Assembly: GCF_036365525.1 (NCBI RefSeq)
Contig: NC_090397.1
Coordinates: 69,445,781-69,509,780, forward strand
Direction of reading: 5' to 3'
DNA length: 64,000 bases
Origin: Heterodontus francisci
Lineage: Eukaryota
Shown here: piece by piece, positions 11,404 to 24,699 of the stretch
How the letters are laid out: every line of letters begins with the position of its first letter
Numbering within the stretch: the first letter of the stretch is position 1
Program-made: the position numbers and the translations under genes
The notes under the pieces: generated by a model
What the model was told of the DNA's origin: nothing
The model's database searches: none
What the model saw: the letters and a program-made list of their open reading frames with translations, nothing else

Positions 11404-12133
11404 TAACCATCACCCTTGACATTCAACAGCATTACGAGCGCTGAATTCACAACCATCAACATCTAGGGGGTTACCATTGACCAGAAACTGAATTGGACCA
11501 GTCATATAAATACCGTGGCTACAAGAGCAGGTCAGAGGCTTGGAATTCTGCAGCGAGTAACTCACCTCCTGACTCCCCAAAGCCTGTCCACCATCTACAA
11601 GGCACAAGTCAGGAGTGTGATGGAATACTCTCCACATGCCTGGATGGGTGCAGCTCCAACAACACTCAAGAAGCTCGACACCATCCAGGACAAAACAACC
11701 CGCTTAATCGACACCCCATCCACCACCTTCAACATTCACTCCCTCCACCACTGATGCACAGTGGCAGCAGTGTGTACCATCTACAAGATTCACTGCAGCA
11801 ACGTGCCACGCATCATTCGACAGCACCTTCCAAACCCATGACCTCTACCAACTAGGACAAGGGCAGCAGACACATGGGAACACCACCACCTGCAAGTTCC
11901 CCTCCAAGTCACACACCATCCTGACTTGGAACAATATCACCGTTCCTTCACTGTCACTGGGTCAAAATCCTGGAACTCCCTTCCGAACAGCACTGTGGGT
12001 GAACCAACACCACATGGACTGCAGCGGTTCAAGAAGGCGGCTCACCACCACCTTCTCAACGGCAGTTAGGGATGGGAAATAAATGCTGGCCTTACCAGCG
12101 ACACCCACATCCCATGAATCAATTAAAAAAAAA
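11404..12133 (+). mobile_element. 3' fragment of a second non-LTR LINE family (CR1/L2 group), called family B here
   Basis: RAGQRLGILQRVTHLLTPQSLSTIYKAQVRSVMEYSPHAW...LDTIQDK is a post-RT LINE ORF2 region; tail TTAGGGATGGGAAATAAATGCTGGCC...CACATCCCATGAATCAATT(A)n. Confidence 0.85.
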
Positions 12134-12154
12134 CTTTCACATATTTTACAATAC

Positions 12155-12405
12155 ATGGAATTTACAGCAGAGAAACAGACCATTCAGCCCAACTGGTCCA
12201 TGCTGGTGTTTATGCTTCCCTCGAGCCTGCTCTCATCCCTCTTCATCTCATCTTATCAGCTTAACCTTCTATTGCTTTCTCTCTCATGCGTTTATCTAGC
12301 TTCCTCTTAAATGCATCTAAGATTTCGCCTTAACCACCCCCTGTGCTAGCGAGCTCCAAATTCTCACCACTCTCTGGGTAAAGATGTTCCTCCGAAATTC
12401 CCTTA
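12155..12405 (-). mobile_element. Old CR1 3' tail
   Basis: TTCTCACCACTCTCTGGGTAAAGA and the CAGCCCAACTGGTCCATGCTGG tail motif. Confidence 0.65.
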
Positions 12406-12632
12406 TTGTTCCCAACAGACCCATCTGGCGTCATACTTTTTCAAAATTATTAAATCTTCAAAAAATGTTCAGACTTGACCAAGTTCAACTGCTATGTTAA
12501 CCACCCAATAAAAAAGGAGAAAAGGAATTTGACAAGAACCAAAGGTTGCCTCCACTCATCTAGTTGACCGTCCCAAATACCCTTCAGTTAACTGTTCACC
12601 CTGCATTTCTTGGCTGCATGAAGTGTTCTGTA

Positions 12633-14194
12633 CAAAGAACAAAGAACAGTACAGCACAGGAACAGGCCATTCGGCCCTCCAAGCCTGCGCCGATCTTGAT
12701 GCCTGCCTAAACTAACACCTTCTGCACTTCTGGGACCCATATCCCTCTATTCCCTTCCTATTCATGTATTTGTCAAGATGTCTCTTAAACGTCGCTATCG
12801 TATCTGCTTCCACCACCTCCCCTGGCAGCAAGTTCCAGGCACTCACCACCCTCTGTGTAAAGAACTTGCCTCGCACATCCCCTCTAAACTTTGCCCCACA
12901 CACCTTAAACCTATGTCCCCTAGTAACAGATTCTTCCACCCTGGGAAAAAGCTTCTGACTATCCACTCTGTCCATGCCGCTCATAACTTTGTAAACCTCT
13001 ATCATGTCGCCCCTCCACCTCCGTCGTTCCAGTGAAAACAATCCGAGTTTTTCCAACCTCTCCTCATAGCTAATGCCCTCCAGACCAGGCAACATCCTGG
13101 TAAACCTCCTCTGTACCCTCTCCAAAGCCTCCATGTCCTTCTGGTAGTGTGGCGACCAGAATTGCACGCAATATTCTAAGTGTGGCCTAACTAAAGTTCT
13201 GTACAGCTGCAACATGACTTGCCAATTTTTATACTCTATGCCCCGACCGATGAAGGCAAGAATGCCGAATGCCTTCATGATTACCTTATCCACCTGCGTT
13301 GCCACTTTCAGTGACCTGTGGACCTGTATGCCCAGATCTCTCTGCCTGTCAATACTCCTAAGGGTTCTGCCATTTACTGTATACCTCCCACCTGCATTAG
13401 ACCTTCCAAAATGCATTACCTCACATTTGTCCGGATTAAACTCCATCTGCCATTTCTCCACCCAAGTCTCCAACCGATCTATATCCTGCTGTATCCTCTG
13501 ACAATCCTCATCATTATCCGCAACTCCACCAACCTCTGTTTCGTCCGCAAACTTACTAATCAGACCAGCTACATTTTCCTCCAAATCATTTATATATACT
13601 ACAAACAGCAAAGGTCCCAGCACTAATCCCTGCGGAACACCATTAGTCACATCCCTCCATTCAGAAAAACACCCATCCACTGATACCCTCTGTCTTCTAT
13701 GACCGAGCCAGTTCTGTATCCATCTTGCCAGCTCACCTCTGATCCCATGTGACTTCACATTTTGTACCAGTCTGCCAAGCGGGACCTTGTCAAAGGCTTT
13801 ACTAAAGTCCATATAGATAACATCCACTGCCCTTCCTTCATCAATCATCTTCGTCACTTCCTCAAAAAACTCAATCAAATTAGTAAGACACGACCTCCCC
13901 TTCACAAAACCATGCTGTCTCTCGCTAATAAGTTCATTTGTTTCCAAATGGGAGTAAATCCTGTCCCGAATAATCCTCTCTAATAGTTTCCCTACCACTG
14001 ACATAAGGCTCACCGGCCTATAATTTCCTGGATTATCCTTGCCACCCTTCTTAAACAAAGGCACAACATTGGCTATTCTCCAGTCCTCTGGGACCTCACC
14101 TATCGCCAATGAGGATGCAAAGATTTCTGTCAAGGCCCCAGCAATTTCTTCCCTTGCCTCCCTCAGTATTCTGGGGTAGATCCCATCAGGCCCT
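12633..14194 (-). mobile_element. Young 5'-truncated CR1 LINE with an uninterrupted RT reading frame
   Basis: ORF 12712-14268 with PGNYRPVSL, QHGF, DFSKAFDKV, GVPQGLVLGP, FADE, RPHLEYC; (TTCTTTG)n tail; no endonuclease domain. Confidence 0.95.
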
Positions 14195-14354
14195 TGATGA
14201 TGTATTTGATGATGATTTTTTTTTTGCCTGTTGCTTGGCCGCTCTATTATCCACCCATAGACTGGCATGTCTACTCTTCACTGAATACTTAGCCCATCTA
14301 TTCTCCACTTGATGTCACCTCTCTGTTGACTGCTCTGCAATTGTTATCCAGCCA

Positions 14355-14985
14355 GACTTTAGGAAGGATGTGAGGGTCCTTGAGAGGGTGCAGAGGAGAT
14401 TTACCAGAATGGTTCCAGTGATGGGAGATTTTAGCTACAAGGTTAGGTTGGAGAAGCTGGGGTTGTTCTCCCTGGAGCAAAGGGGATTAGGGGAGATTTA
14501 ACTGAAGTGTGCAAGATTATGACAGGTTTGGATAGGTTAGATAAGGAAAAACAGTTCCCAGTAGCTGATGGTACAGGGACAATGGGGCACAGATTGAAGG
14601 TTTTGGGCAAGAGATGCTGGGGAGGGGGAATGAGGAAGTTTTTTTTTAACGTAGTGAGTGGTAATGACCTGGAACTCGCTGCCCACGAGGGTGGTGGAGG
14701 CGGAGACAATGAATGATTTCGAAAGGAAATTGGATGGGCACTTGAAGGAAATGAACTTGTAGGGCTCTGTGGAGAGCGGGAGTGTGGGATTGCTCTGTGG
14801 AGAGCGGGAGTGTGGGATTGCTCAGTGGAGAGCGGGGGTGTGGGATTGCTCTGTGGAGAGCGGGGGTGTGGGATTGCTCTGTGGAGAGCGGGGGTGTGGG
14901 ATTGCTCTGTGGAGAGCGGGGGTGTGGGATTGCTCTGTGGAGAACCAGCATGGACCCAATGGCCTCCTTCTATGCTGTAAATGAC
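14355..14985 (+). mobile_element. CR1 3' fragment containing a 28-bp minisatellite
   Basis: LERVQRRFTRMVP...LEKLGLFSLE coding remnant and CR1 tail. Confidence 0.85.
14764..14943. repeat. 28-bp minisatellite, about 6.5 copies
   Basis: Unit GCTCTGTGGAGAGCGGG(A/G)GTGTGGGATT. Confidence 0.95.
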
Positions 14986-15029
14986 TCCATAACCCTATTT
15001 GCTCTGATTGTGTTGGCCAGTCTTTTTGA

Positions 15030-15460
15030 AAGATTTGCATTTATATAGCACCTTTCCTAACCACAGGTCATCCCGAAGTGCTTTACAGCTACTTTTGAAG
15101 TGTAGTTATGGTCATAATGTAGGAAACATGGCAGCCAATTTGTGCACAGCAAGCTCCCACAAACAGCACTATGATAAATGACCAGATAATTTGTTTTTGT
15201 GATGTTGATTGAGGGATAAACATTGGGCAGGACGCAAGGGAGAACTCCCCTGCCCTTCTTTGAAAGAGTGCCATGGGATCTTTTACATTCACCTGAGAGG
15301 GCAGATGGGGCCTTGGTTTAAATTCTCATCCAAAAGGACAGCACTTCCAACAGTGCAGCACTCCGCCTAGCTGCTTGGTCTCAAGTCTCTGAGTGGAACT
15401 CAAACCCACAACCTTTGAAGTTCACAGCAAGACTGCTATCAACTGAGCCACAGCTGATAC
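15030..15460 (-). mobile_element. Deu-domain SINE
   Basis: GTGCCATGGGATCTTTTACATTCACCTGAGAGG core and L2-like tail. Confidence 0.8.
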
Positions 15461-15501
15461 CTGGTCAAACTGTGGCCCATTCAGCCTGGGGAGAGGTTTG
15501 G

Positions 15502-15827
15502 TTTATTTTATTTTTATTTATTTATTTATTTTTTTATTTAGAGATACAGCACTGAAACAGGCCCTTCGGCCCACCAAGTCTGTGCCGACCATCAACCACC
15601 CATTTATACTAATCCTACACTCATCCCATATTCCTACCAAATCACCACCTGTCCCTATATTCCCCTACCACCTACCTATACTAGGGGCAATTTATAATGG
15701 CCAATTTACCTATCAACCTGCAAGTCTTTTGGTGGTGGGAGGAAACCGGAGCACCCGACGAAAACCCATGCAGACACAGGGAGAACTTGCAAACTCCGCA
15801 CAGGCAGTACCCAGAATTGAACCCGGT
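15502..15827 (-). mobile_element. HE1/V-SINE, 5'-truncated at the B box
   Basis: Near-identical to 375-739 up to GAACCCGG; GGTT on both sides. Confidence 0.85.
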
Positions 15828-16404
15828 TCTTTGACTGTTAACTGATGTGAATTGGGTGATGGGTGATGGGTTGCACTCGACCTAGGCTATGGTGATGAAG
15901 TCAGTCAGTGTTCAAGTTGCTGACCCAACATGTTGGAAAGTGCAGCTAACTTGGAGAAGAGAGCAGCAAGCATGGCTGGAATGCTTGCAGAACAGTGAGA
16001 AGTCCTCAGATGCAGTTGCTCCAGCAAATTCTCCACTTCTACTTACAACACCAACTCACAGCCTCACGGTTAAAACAAAAATTCAGGCCTGTACTATTTA
16101 GCTATGTGACTTGCAGCTGTAACCTTTAAATCAGTATCATGCCTTAATGCACAAAAACATGTGTTCCACATCATGTATGATGTAATGAATGTCTCAGTGT
16201 GCTTAAAAACATACATAGCAACCAACAAAACAGATGTTAGTAAACATTGCTGCCCACATTGTAAATGCATAGCAATGGTGAGAAATAACCTGCTACTAAT
16301 TTCAGAGTATCATTATTAAATGGACTCAGAATAGAATCTTCATATAACAGTTGCAATATTCACAATATTCACTCATCTCCTGCTGCCTCAGTGGGTAAAT
16401 TAAC

Positions 16405-16815
16405 ATTTTTTTTATTCATTCACGGGATGTGGGCATCGCGGGCCAGGCCAGCATTTATTCTCCATCCCGAATTGCCCTTGAGAAGTTGGTGGTGAGCTGC
16501 CTTCTTGAACCGCTGCAGTCCATGTGGGGTAGGTACACCCACAGTGCTGTTAGGAAGGGAATTCCAGGATTTTGGCCCAGCGACAGTGAAGGAACGGTGA
16601 GTACAGTTCCAAGTCAGGACGGTGTGTGGGTTGGAGGGGAACTTGCAGTTGGTGGTGTTCCCATGTATCTGCTGCCCTTGTCCTCCCAGGTCGTGGGCTT
16701 GGAAGGTGCTGTCGAAGGAGCCTTGGTGCTTTGCTGCAGTGCATCTTGTAGATGGTACACACTGCTGCTACTGTGCATTGGTGGGGGATGGGATGCCAAT
16801 CAAGATTCTTGAGTG
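16405..16815 (-). mobile_element. LINE family B 3' fragment
   Basis: TTCACGGGATGTGGGCATC...GCCCTTGAGAAG tail; VAAVCTIYKMHCS peptide. Confidence 0.85.
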
Positions 16816-17877
16816 TTGCAGGGTACTGTAGAGCATGGCATTGTGTGCAAGGTCCCAGGTTTGATTCTTTGACTGTTAACTGATATGAGTTGGGTGATGG
16901 GTTGCACTCTACCAGGGCTATGATGATGAAGTCAGTCAATGTTCACGTTGCTGATCTAACATGTTGGAAAGTGCAGTTAACTTGGAGAAGAGAACACCAA
17001 GCATGGTTGGAATGCTCCGATGGTTGAGCAGCTCATTGCCACTCATTCAAATTTTGAAGCTCATATGTGAAGAATGGCAATTTAACAAGGTTACATGAAG
17101 GCAACAGCTTAAGGAACGGGTATCACTGTAAAACGACTGGATCTGGAGCACACTCAGAACCATCAGAACTTAGAACCATCCTTGATGTTAAATAAAGAGC
17201 TATGATGCTCTGCTGCATTATGAGTTTCTGTTCAAAGGAAAGCCGGGCTAGTAAATGCAAAGAAACCTCTCACATCTTAGACATAAAGGGCTGATTTGGA
17301 AAGTTGTTGAACTAGCACAACTCATTCATTACCGTAATAGGTTAATTCAGTAGTTTGATATGTAACAGCAGTCACTGTACTCCAAAAGTAATTCACTCCA
17401 AGAAGTGGTTTGAGGCATTTTGATGAGGTTCTACACAAATGCAAGTGCTTTATTCTATATCCACATTTAAGCAAACAGATGCATCCCTCATTAAAATACT
17501 AATTGTATGCACATTGCACGAATGACAGGAGTGGCCAGAATATATTGCACAGGTCAATTTTCCTGTCAGAATTTCGGGAAAGAAGGATGAATTCACTGCC
17601 GTGGGTATGCAGCAGAAGATTAAGGATGTTTGCAGGCTGATTTGTTGCTTTATACTTTGTAACTGTTCTTCGTCCTTCAATTGTTAACACTAGGCTGCGA
17701 ATATAAATGGTCTCACAATGACTGTGAATAATGGAAACTTTTCCAAAACAAATAGCCTGTGCCGACTTAACTTCTTGTCAGAATGAAGGCCCATTCATTT
17801 AACACTGTCCCTTGATATCATCAAGCAGTTGTATTGAAACACAAGACAGTGTAGAACATGAGAACAGAACTTATACA

Positions 17878-18305
17878 AGCTGTAACTCAGTTGGTAATAC
17901 TCTTGACTCTGAGTGAGGAAAGTTACAAGTTCAAGTCCCACTCCAGAGACTTAAGCATAACAATCTAGGCAACACTCTAGTGCAGTACTGAGGGAGTGCT
18001 GCACTGTCAGAGGTGCTGAGAGGTTAAACTGAGGACCTGTCTGCCCTCTCAGTGGATGTAATACAGCTCTATTCTGAAGAAGAGCAGGGGAGTTTTCCCT
18101 GGTCAATATTTATCCCTGAATCAACATCACAAAAACATACTCTCTGGTTATTATCATAGTGCTGCTTGTGGGAGCAAAATTGGCTCCTACATGGTTTCCT
18201 ACATGGCAACTGTGACTATAATTCAAAAGTACTTCATTGGCTGTATAGCACTTTGAGATATCCTGGGGTTGTGAAAGGTGCTATATAAATGCAAGTCTCT
18301 CTTTC
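17878..18305 (+). mobile_element. Deu-domain SINE
   Basis: tRNA-like head (GTTCAAGTCCCACTCCAGAGAC), Deu core, tail GTGAAAGGTGCTATATAAATGCAAGTC. Confidence 0.8.
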
Positions 18306-18349
18306 TTTTTATTGCTTTTAACAGTAACTGTGACAGGAAGAGGAACAGA

Positions 18350-19380
18350 TTCACAGAACTACTACTACACAGAAAGAGGTCATTCAGCCCGTCGTGTCTG
18401 TGTTAGCTCTCTGAAAGAGCAGTTCACCTAGTGCTACTCCATGGCCTTGTCCCTGTAGCCCTGCACATTCTTCCTTTTCCGATAACAATCCAATTCCCGC
18501 TTGAAGACCTTAATTAAATCGGCCTCCACCACACTCTCAGGCAGCACATTCCAGATCCTAACCTCTCGCTGCATCAAAAAGCTTTTCCTCATGTTACTTT
18601 TGCTTCTTTTGCCAATCACCTTGAATCTGTGCCCTCTTGTTTTTCATCCCTCCACCAATGGGAACAGTTTCTCTCTATCCACTCTGTCCAGACCCTTCAT
18701 GATTTTGAACACCTCTACCAAATCTCCTCTCAATCTTTTCTTCTCCAAAGAAAACAGTCCCAACTTCTCCAAACTATCCATATAACTGAAGTTCCTCATT
18801 CTTGGAACCATTTTTGTGAATCTTTTCTGCACCCTCTCTAATGCTTTCACATCTTTCCTGTAGTGCGGCGCCCAGAACTGGACACAATACTCCAGCTGAG
18901 GCCGAACCAGCGTTCTATACAAGATTAACATAACTTCCTTGCTCTTGTACTAAAAGATCCAGGATACTGCATGCCTTATTAACTGCTTTTTCAGTCCTAC
19001 CTGTCCTACCACCTTCAATGACTTATGCACATATACACCCAGGTCCCTCTGCTCCTGCACTCCCTTTAGGATTGTACCCTTTATTTTATATTGTCTCTCC
19101 GTGTTCCTCCTACCTTAATGAATCACTTCACACTTCTCTGCATTAAATTAAATGCCACTTGTCCGCCCATTCTACTAACCTATTTATGTCCTTTTGAAGG
19201 TACACACTATCCTCCTCACAGTTCACAATGCTTCCAAGTTTCGCATCATCTACAAATTTTGAAATTGTGCCCTGTACACCAAGGTCATTAATTATATCAG
19301 GAAGAGCAAGGGTCCCAACACCGACTGCTGGGGAACTCTGCTACAAACCCTCCCCCAGCCCAAAAAACATCCATTAAGCA
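18350..19380 (-). mobile_element. CR1 3' fragment
   Basis: LYRTLVRPQLEYCVQFWAPHYRKDVKALERVQKRFTKM peptide; frameshifted. Confidence 0.9.
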
Positions 19381-20084
19381 CTAACAGATAAAGATAAAGT
19401 TAAAGCAGCCCAAATAACTGACAGCAAAAACTATCACAATGCTGTGAGAGCAATGGAAAACATTCATTTCTCTCGGTATTCTGGAAACCTGGATGCACAG
19501 CAAGTTTCCAGCGAGGCTCATCTGCACCTCCCCTCCCCCCTACCCCCCGCTCTCCTTCTCCATCATGGAATTCAATTCCCTAATGCAAATGTCCTCAGAC
19601 CTTAAGAAGTGAGATACCTTCCTGTTTGCTGATCACATGTCACAGTGCACAACCCAGCCTCATTTTCCTCAGGAACCAGATGCACTAATGGATCCAAGAT
19701 GTTCCCTTGGCAGCAGCAGCGATTCCCCTGAGACCTTACAGTGCACATGGTTTCAAAGTGATTGTCCAAGTTACAGATTCTGAGCAAAATTTGGAACCAT
19801 TGCTCTCTCTCTCTCTCTGCACAGCAAAGTTAAAGTGATGCCCCCGTGGAGGCTTCAAGATTTTAAGTTTTTAACAAAGCAATTGCTTCCAAAGTAGAAA
19901 CTCTAGTTGCAAACTTTTAATTCTTGTCCCTAGGATGACTCCTGTCATTCTGATCCACAAATATTGTAGAGTGGAACCCCTTGCTGTCCTGAATAAAGAG
20001 AGAGGGTTTCCCCACTGGATAATGGAAGCTGGCAGACAATATTAAGAGACCCCCTGATCCTCCTCCATACAAGGCTGTCATTAA

Positions 20085-20725
20085 GATCACCTATTTCTAC
20101 CTCCCTCACTTGACTTTGCCCTGCCTCTACTGCTGAAACCCTTAGCCATGCCTTTGTTATCTATAGATTTGACAGTTTGAACATTCCCCTGGTCAGCTCC
20201 CACTTTCTATCCTCCGTAAACTTCTGGGCATCCAAAACTTCACTGCCCGTGTCCTAACTCGTACCAAATCTGGGGGGTTCACCCATCGCCCCCCTGTGCT
20301 TGCTGACTTACACTGGTTCCTGGTTAAGCAATGTCTCAATTTTAAAATTCTCATCCTTGTTTTCAATGGCCTCGCCCCCTCCCTACCTCTGTAATCTCCT
20401 CCAGCCCTACAACCCTCTGAGATCTCTGCACTCCTCTAATTCTGGCCTCTTGAGTATCCCTGATTTTATTTGCTCCACCATTGGTGGCCATGCCTTCAGC
20501 TGGCTGGACCCTAAGCTCTGGAATTTCCTCCCTAAACCTCTCCGCCTCTCTTTCCTCCTTTAAGACACTCCTTAAAACCTTACTCTTTGACCAAGCTTTT
20601 GGTCATCTGACCTAATATTGCTTCATGTGGCTCGGGGTCAAACTTTGCTTTAAAATGCTCCTGTGAAGCGCCTTGGGACGTTTTATTATGTTAAAGGTGA
20701 TATATAAATACCAGTTGTTGTTGTT
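20085..20725 (+). mobile_element. L2 LINE 3' fragment
   Basis: TTTTAAAATTCTCATCCTTG...CCTACAACCCTC coding remnant (LHW..FKIL..Y.P.R.LRS) and GTGAAGCGCCTTGGGAC...TATATAAAT tail with TTG repeats. Confidence 0.85.
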
Positions 20726-21599
20726 ACTACAGTGATAACCCTAAGCACAGCAAAATTAACAATGCGACTTCCTTTGAGCTACCAGGCTAATCTATGGCAG
20801 ATTGATGCGAGAAGTCTGTGTAACAAAGAAGTTTTGTTCTCATACTATTCTGAGGGACAATCAAGAAGGTGGATAATGAGCAGTGACTCTGAATGACTCT
20901 TCACACCCTCTGAAGTGGCTTAGTAAGCCATTTAGTTACAAAACAATCACTACTGCACCAAAACCGTCTCAAGGCAACTAGGGATTGGCAATAAATGTGG
21001 CATTAATAGTGTCACCCAACACTTGAGAGCAAAAAACAATAACGACTTTGATCACAATCTTTCCTGATAGAAATGGTAGGTCTGTGTAGCTCATCAATGT
21101 GAAGTGTTGTGCGATTGAAATATGCAGAAGAAAGTGATGGCTGCCAGTGGCCCCTGTCAGAGAAAATTCCAAGCCTGTTTGTGAAGATGACACTGAGACT
21201 AGGATGCTTTGGTGGAGATTGTTTATTGCATGCCACAGAGCTTACTTCTGCTCTTCAAACAACATCACCAGCCAGTACTGGCTGGCTCTTCTCTATATAT
21301 ACACACTGGAATACAATTAACTAATGAACACCGATCACCTGTTCACCCTATTATCTTGAACTACCAGGTATTTATCATCCATTAACAGAACTTCAGACCC
21401 TAACAGCCACTTGCTGCCAGTTGCTATTTATGTTTCCTGTCTGCAGTGTTTTGTCTCCATCAATGCAAAGTGAACTCACCACTTCAGTGACCATGTAGGC
21501 AGTATTTGGAGCATGATGCATGGGGTAACAAAACAGTCGCAGAATGCAATTGGCAAAATTCATCTCTCCTTCTAAATACTGTTGAATACTCAGTGAATT

Positions 21600-22785
21600 G
21601 AAAATTTCAAAACTGAGACTGATAGATACTAGTTGGGTCAGGGTACTAAAGAATATAGAACCAAGGCAGGTAAAGGGAGTTAAGTTACAAATCAGCCTTG
21701 TTCGAACTGAATGGTGGAACAAGTTTGAGGGGCTGAATGGCCTCCTCCAGTTCCGATGTTCCATGCGACAGTGCAACTGTAGCGGAATCCGGGAAGTGTG
21801 GAGCCTGGCAATATCCAAAGTACAACGTAATGCAGAAGTATCGGTGAACAATGCGCCTCTTGCAGGCCTCTAGCCTGAGGAAACTGTTTCCAATTTAGAT
21901 TCATATTGAGATGAAAATAACATTATTGTCATCAGGAAGAGTGTGGCAAGCAAAAGAGGAGGGTCTTTCCAAACAGACTTTACATAAATAGGCATTTGGT
22001 CCCTTTAAAAGAAAAGCTGGGTTACAGATCAGGCACCACTACATCACGTAGACCAGTCATTTCGAATAGAAACCGCTGTCTGGCCACAGGTGTAGCTACA
22101 ACAAAATCATTTTAACCGCAGGCACTAACTTTAGTAGAAAACACCTTACAAAAACACGCATAAAATACAGGTAGATGTGCCTCACCATGTGTACATTCAC
22201 TTCACAACATCTACCACCATTCAGTAACCAGGGAAGTAAGGTATTCACAATGATAAAAAAAACACTCATACTGTGCTTCCGTATTACCATTTTACCAACA
22301 GACGCACAAAAAAGGTTAGGGAACACATTCATACATTGTACACAGGAATATAAGAAATGGGAGCAGGAGTCGGCCATTCGATTCCATGAGCCTGCTCCAC
22401 CATTCAACAAGATAATGGCGGAAAATGGGACTAGGATAGTTAGGTGCTTGATGGCCGGCACAGACACGATGGGCCGAAGGGCCTGTTTCTGTGCTGTATG
22501 ACTCTATGACTCTACCTCAACTCCACCTTCCTGCACTATCCCCATATCCCTTAAATTTCCTTCGTACCCAAAAGTCTGTCTTGAATATACTCAATGACTG
22601 AGCATTCACAGCTCCCTGAGGTAGAGAATTCCAAAGATTCACAACCCTTTGAGTGAAGAAACTTATCCTCATCTCAGTCCTAAATGGCCAACCCCTTATT
22701 GAGACTGTGATCCCATGTTCTAGATTCCCCATCCAGGGGTCACATTTTCTCAGCATCTACCCTGTCAAACCCTTTAAGAATTTTA
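21600..22785. mobile_element. CR1 tails: + at about 21600-21755; - at about 22345-22785 with a + tail nested at about 22419-22513
   Basis: GGGCTGAATGGCCT tail hairpin motif; FFTQRVVNLWNSLP peptide; (ATGACTCT)n end. Confidence 0.7.
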
Positions 22786-23584
22786 TATGTGAGCATTGCA
22801 ATCACATGCCAAACTACAGTATCTATTACTCATTTTTTATTTGCTAATGCATTAGCCACATCTGGATTTCCAATTAGCCACATGTGGCTGGTAACTTATT
22901 AGAAAACAATGGTGTAACACCAGTGAGTTTCCCACATGTTCTATTCCTTTTTTGTAACATAGTTCCAGTTAGTTGAATGACTCAGTTGGAACAAAATTAA
23001 GATCTATGAGCAATGCTGGAAACAAATCCTGATACATTGAAGTGATGACACTGCAGTGACTAAGCAATAAATTCCTGACAGATTTGTCAGCGCGCACATC
23101 TGTTTCACTGAAGATACAAGCACCTCCTGTGTTAAAATAATCAAGGTCGCAGAGCACCACCACATCCCAACCACAAGCAAGCCGGAAACCATAGGAAGTG
23201 CATTAGGTTCTTCAATCTATTTTTGGCGTATTACACACTTGGTATCTGTAGATCTTCATCAAATATTTCTGCAGCAGGTCAAAGTCAGTAGCACAAATAA
23301 AAATCGACCTGCTTATCAAATCTTACATGCACTATTGATATACTATAACAAAACAAAAACTAACACCCCTCTCCTGTGATTCATAACCTTTTAACTATCA
23401 TCCAAGGTAGTAACAAGTATTCATAGCCAAAACAGCCCAATCCACAATACATTGTGTGTAGAATTTACCCACCAGTCCAGACTCTGCACTTGATTTGGTA
23501 CTTGCACTACATTTGGTAACTTTTGTCACACGATTTGCTTTATATAGCTCTACAAGCTGTACTGAGGTAGTCTATATTCGATCA

Positions 23585-23885
23585 GATCTTCCGAACTCGT
23601 GACCTCTTCCACCTAGTAGAAGGACAAGGGCAGCAGATGCATGGGAACACCACCACCTTCAAGTTCCCCTCCAAACCACACACCATCCTGACTTGGAACT
23701 ATATCGCCGTTCCTTCACTGTCGCTGGGTCAAAATCCTGGAATACCCTTTCTAACAGCACTGTGGGTGTACCTACCCCAAATGGACTGCAGAGGTTCAAG
23801 AAGGCGACTCACCACCACCTTCTCAAGGGCAATTAGGGATGGGCAATAAATGCTGGTCTCACATCCCATGAACAAATAAAAAAAT
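23585..23885 (+). mobile_element. LINE family B 3' fragment
   Basis: Same tail as 11404-12133. Confidence 0.85.
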
Positions 23886-24096
23886 GTCCTGGATTTCACC
23901 TGGCTTTTTTCAGCATGATGGCAACACTCAGGTGAGGGAAACTTAGCAGTGACACTCTGTCGCTCTAGTCATTTAAAAGAAATCTTTGCATTCACAATTT
24001 AAATAATTTGCATTTTACTAATTTACATAATGACAAAGCAAATACAATGATTTGATTGGCTACAATATACAGCATCACATGTGCTTCTCTGCTTAC

Positions 24097-24183
24097 CTTC
24101 CTGGGTTTCACTTTGTCATGGTAATCATACTGAAAAATTCCTTTGTAACTCAGTCCCAACCACCAGGGGATCCCTTGCTTGTC
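24097..24183 (-). CDS. FRMD4A: FRMD4A coding exon (87 nt) DKQGIPWWLGLSYKGIFQYDYHDKVKPRK
   Basis: TAG/GTAAGC splice sites, phase 0 to 0. Confidence 0.96.
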
Positions 24184-24699
24184 CTATCAGATAAATCATA
24201 ACATTTCAGCACTCAACATAACTTGTCATTTTTAAAAAAGCATAAGCCAATAAATCCTAGAACAAATGTGTACAGGGGTGTGGGAAACCAGAGTCCACTG
24301 CTTCAAATGGAATTAAGCAAAGGCCCAGCAGTTATGGGGTTAACCGAGGTTTCTGCTCAAAATGCTTGCAGAGACAAGGCATTGAAGACACTGAGTCTTA
24401 CCATATCTGCAAGTTTCAAATCATTTTTAGATTAATTCTCGGAAACACGTACAGCTTTCCTCAAGATCTGAATGTAATTCAAATTCAATACAGAAATAAA
24501 AATCCACTATCAAAAGAAGGTGCCGCCATAGGACACTGTCTCTTTGAGCTTCATGAATATGCAGGCCTATCGAAGTCTGTTACTCTTCCACACCCCCTGA
24601 TATGTTAAGCCTTTTTCCTTCTTCAACAGGAAAAGGAAGCAGAGAATCTACAGTTTTACACAATCTAAGGAGCCCTGGTTCAGAATTGTTGGCCATAAA

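Noticed and set aside
14764-14943. 28-bp repeats as a CRISPR array
   Set aside because: Head-to-tail units without unique spacers, in eukaryotic DNA with no cas genes
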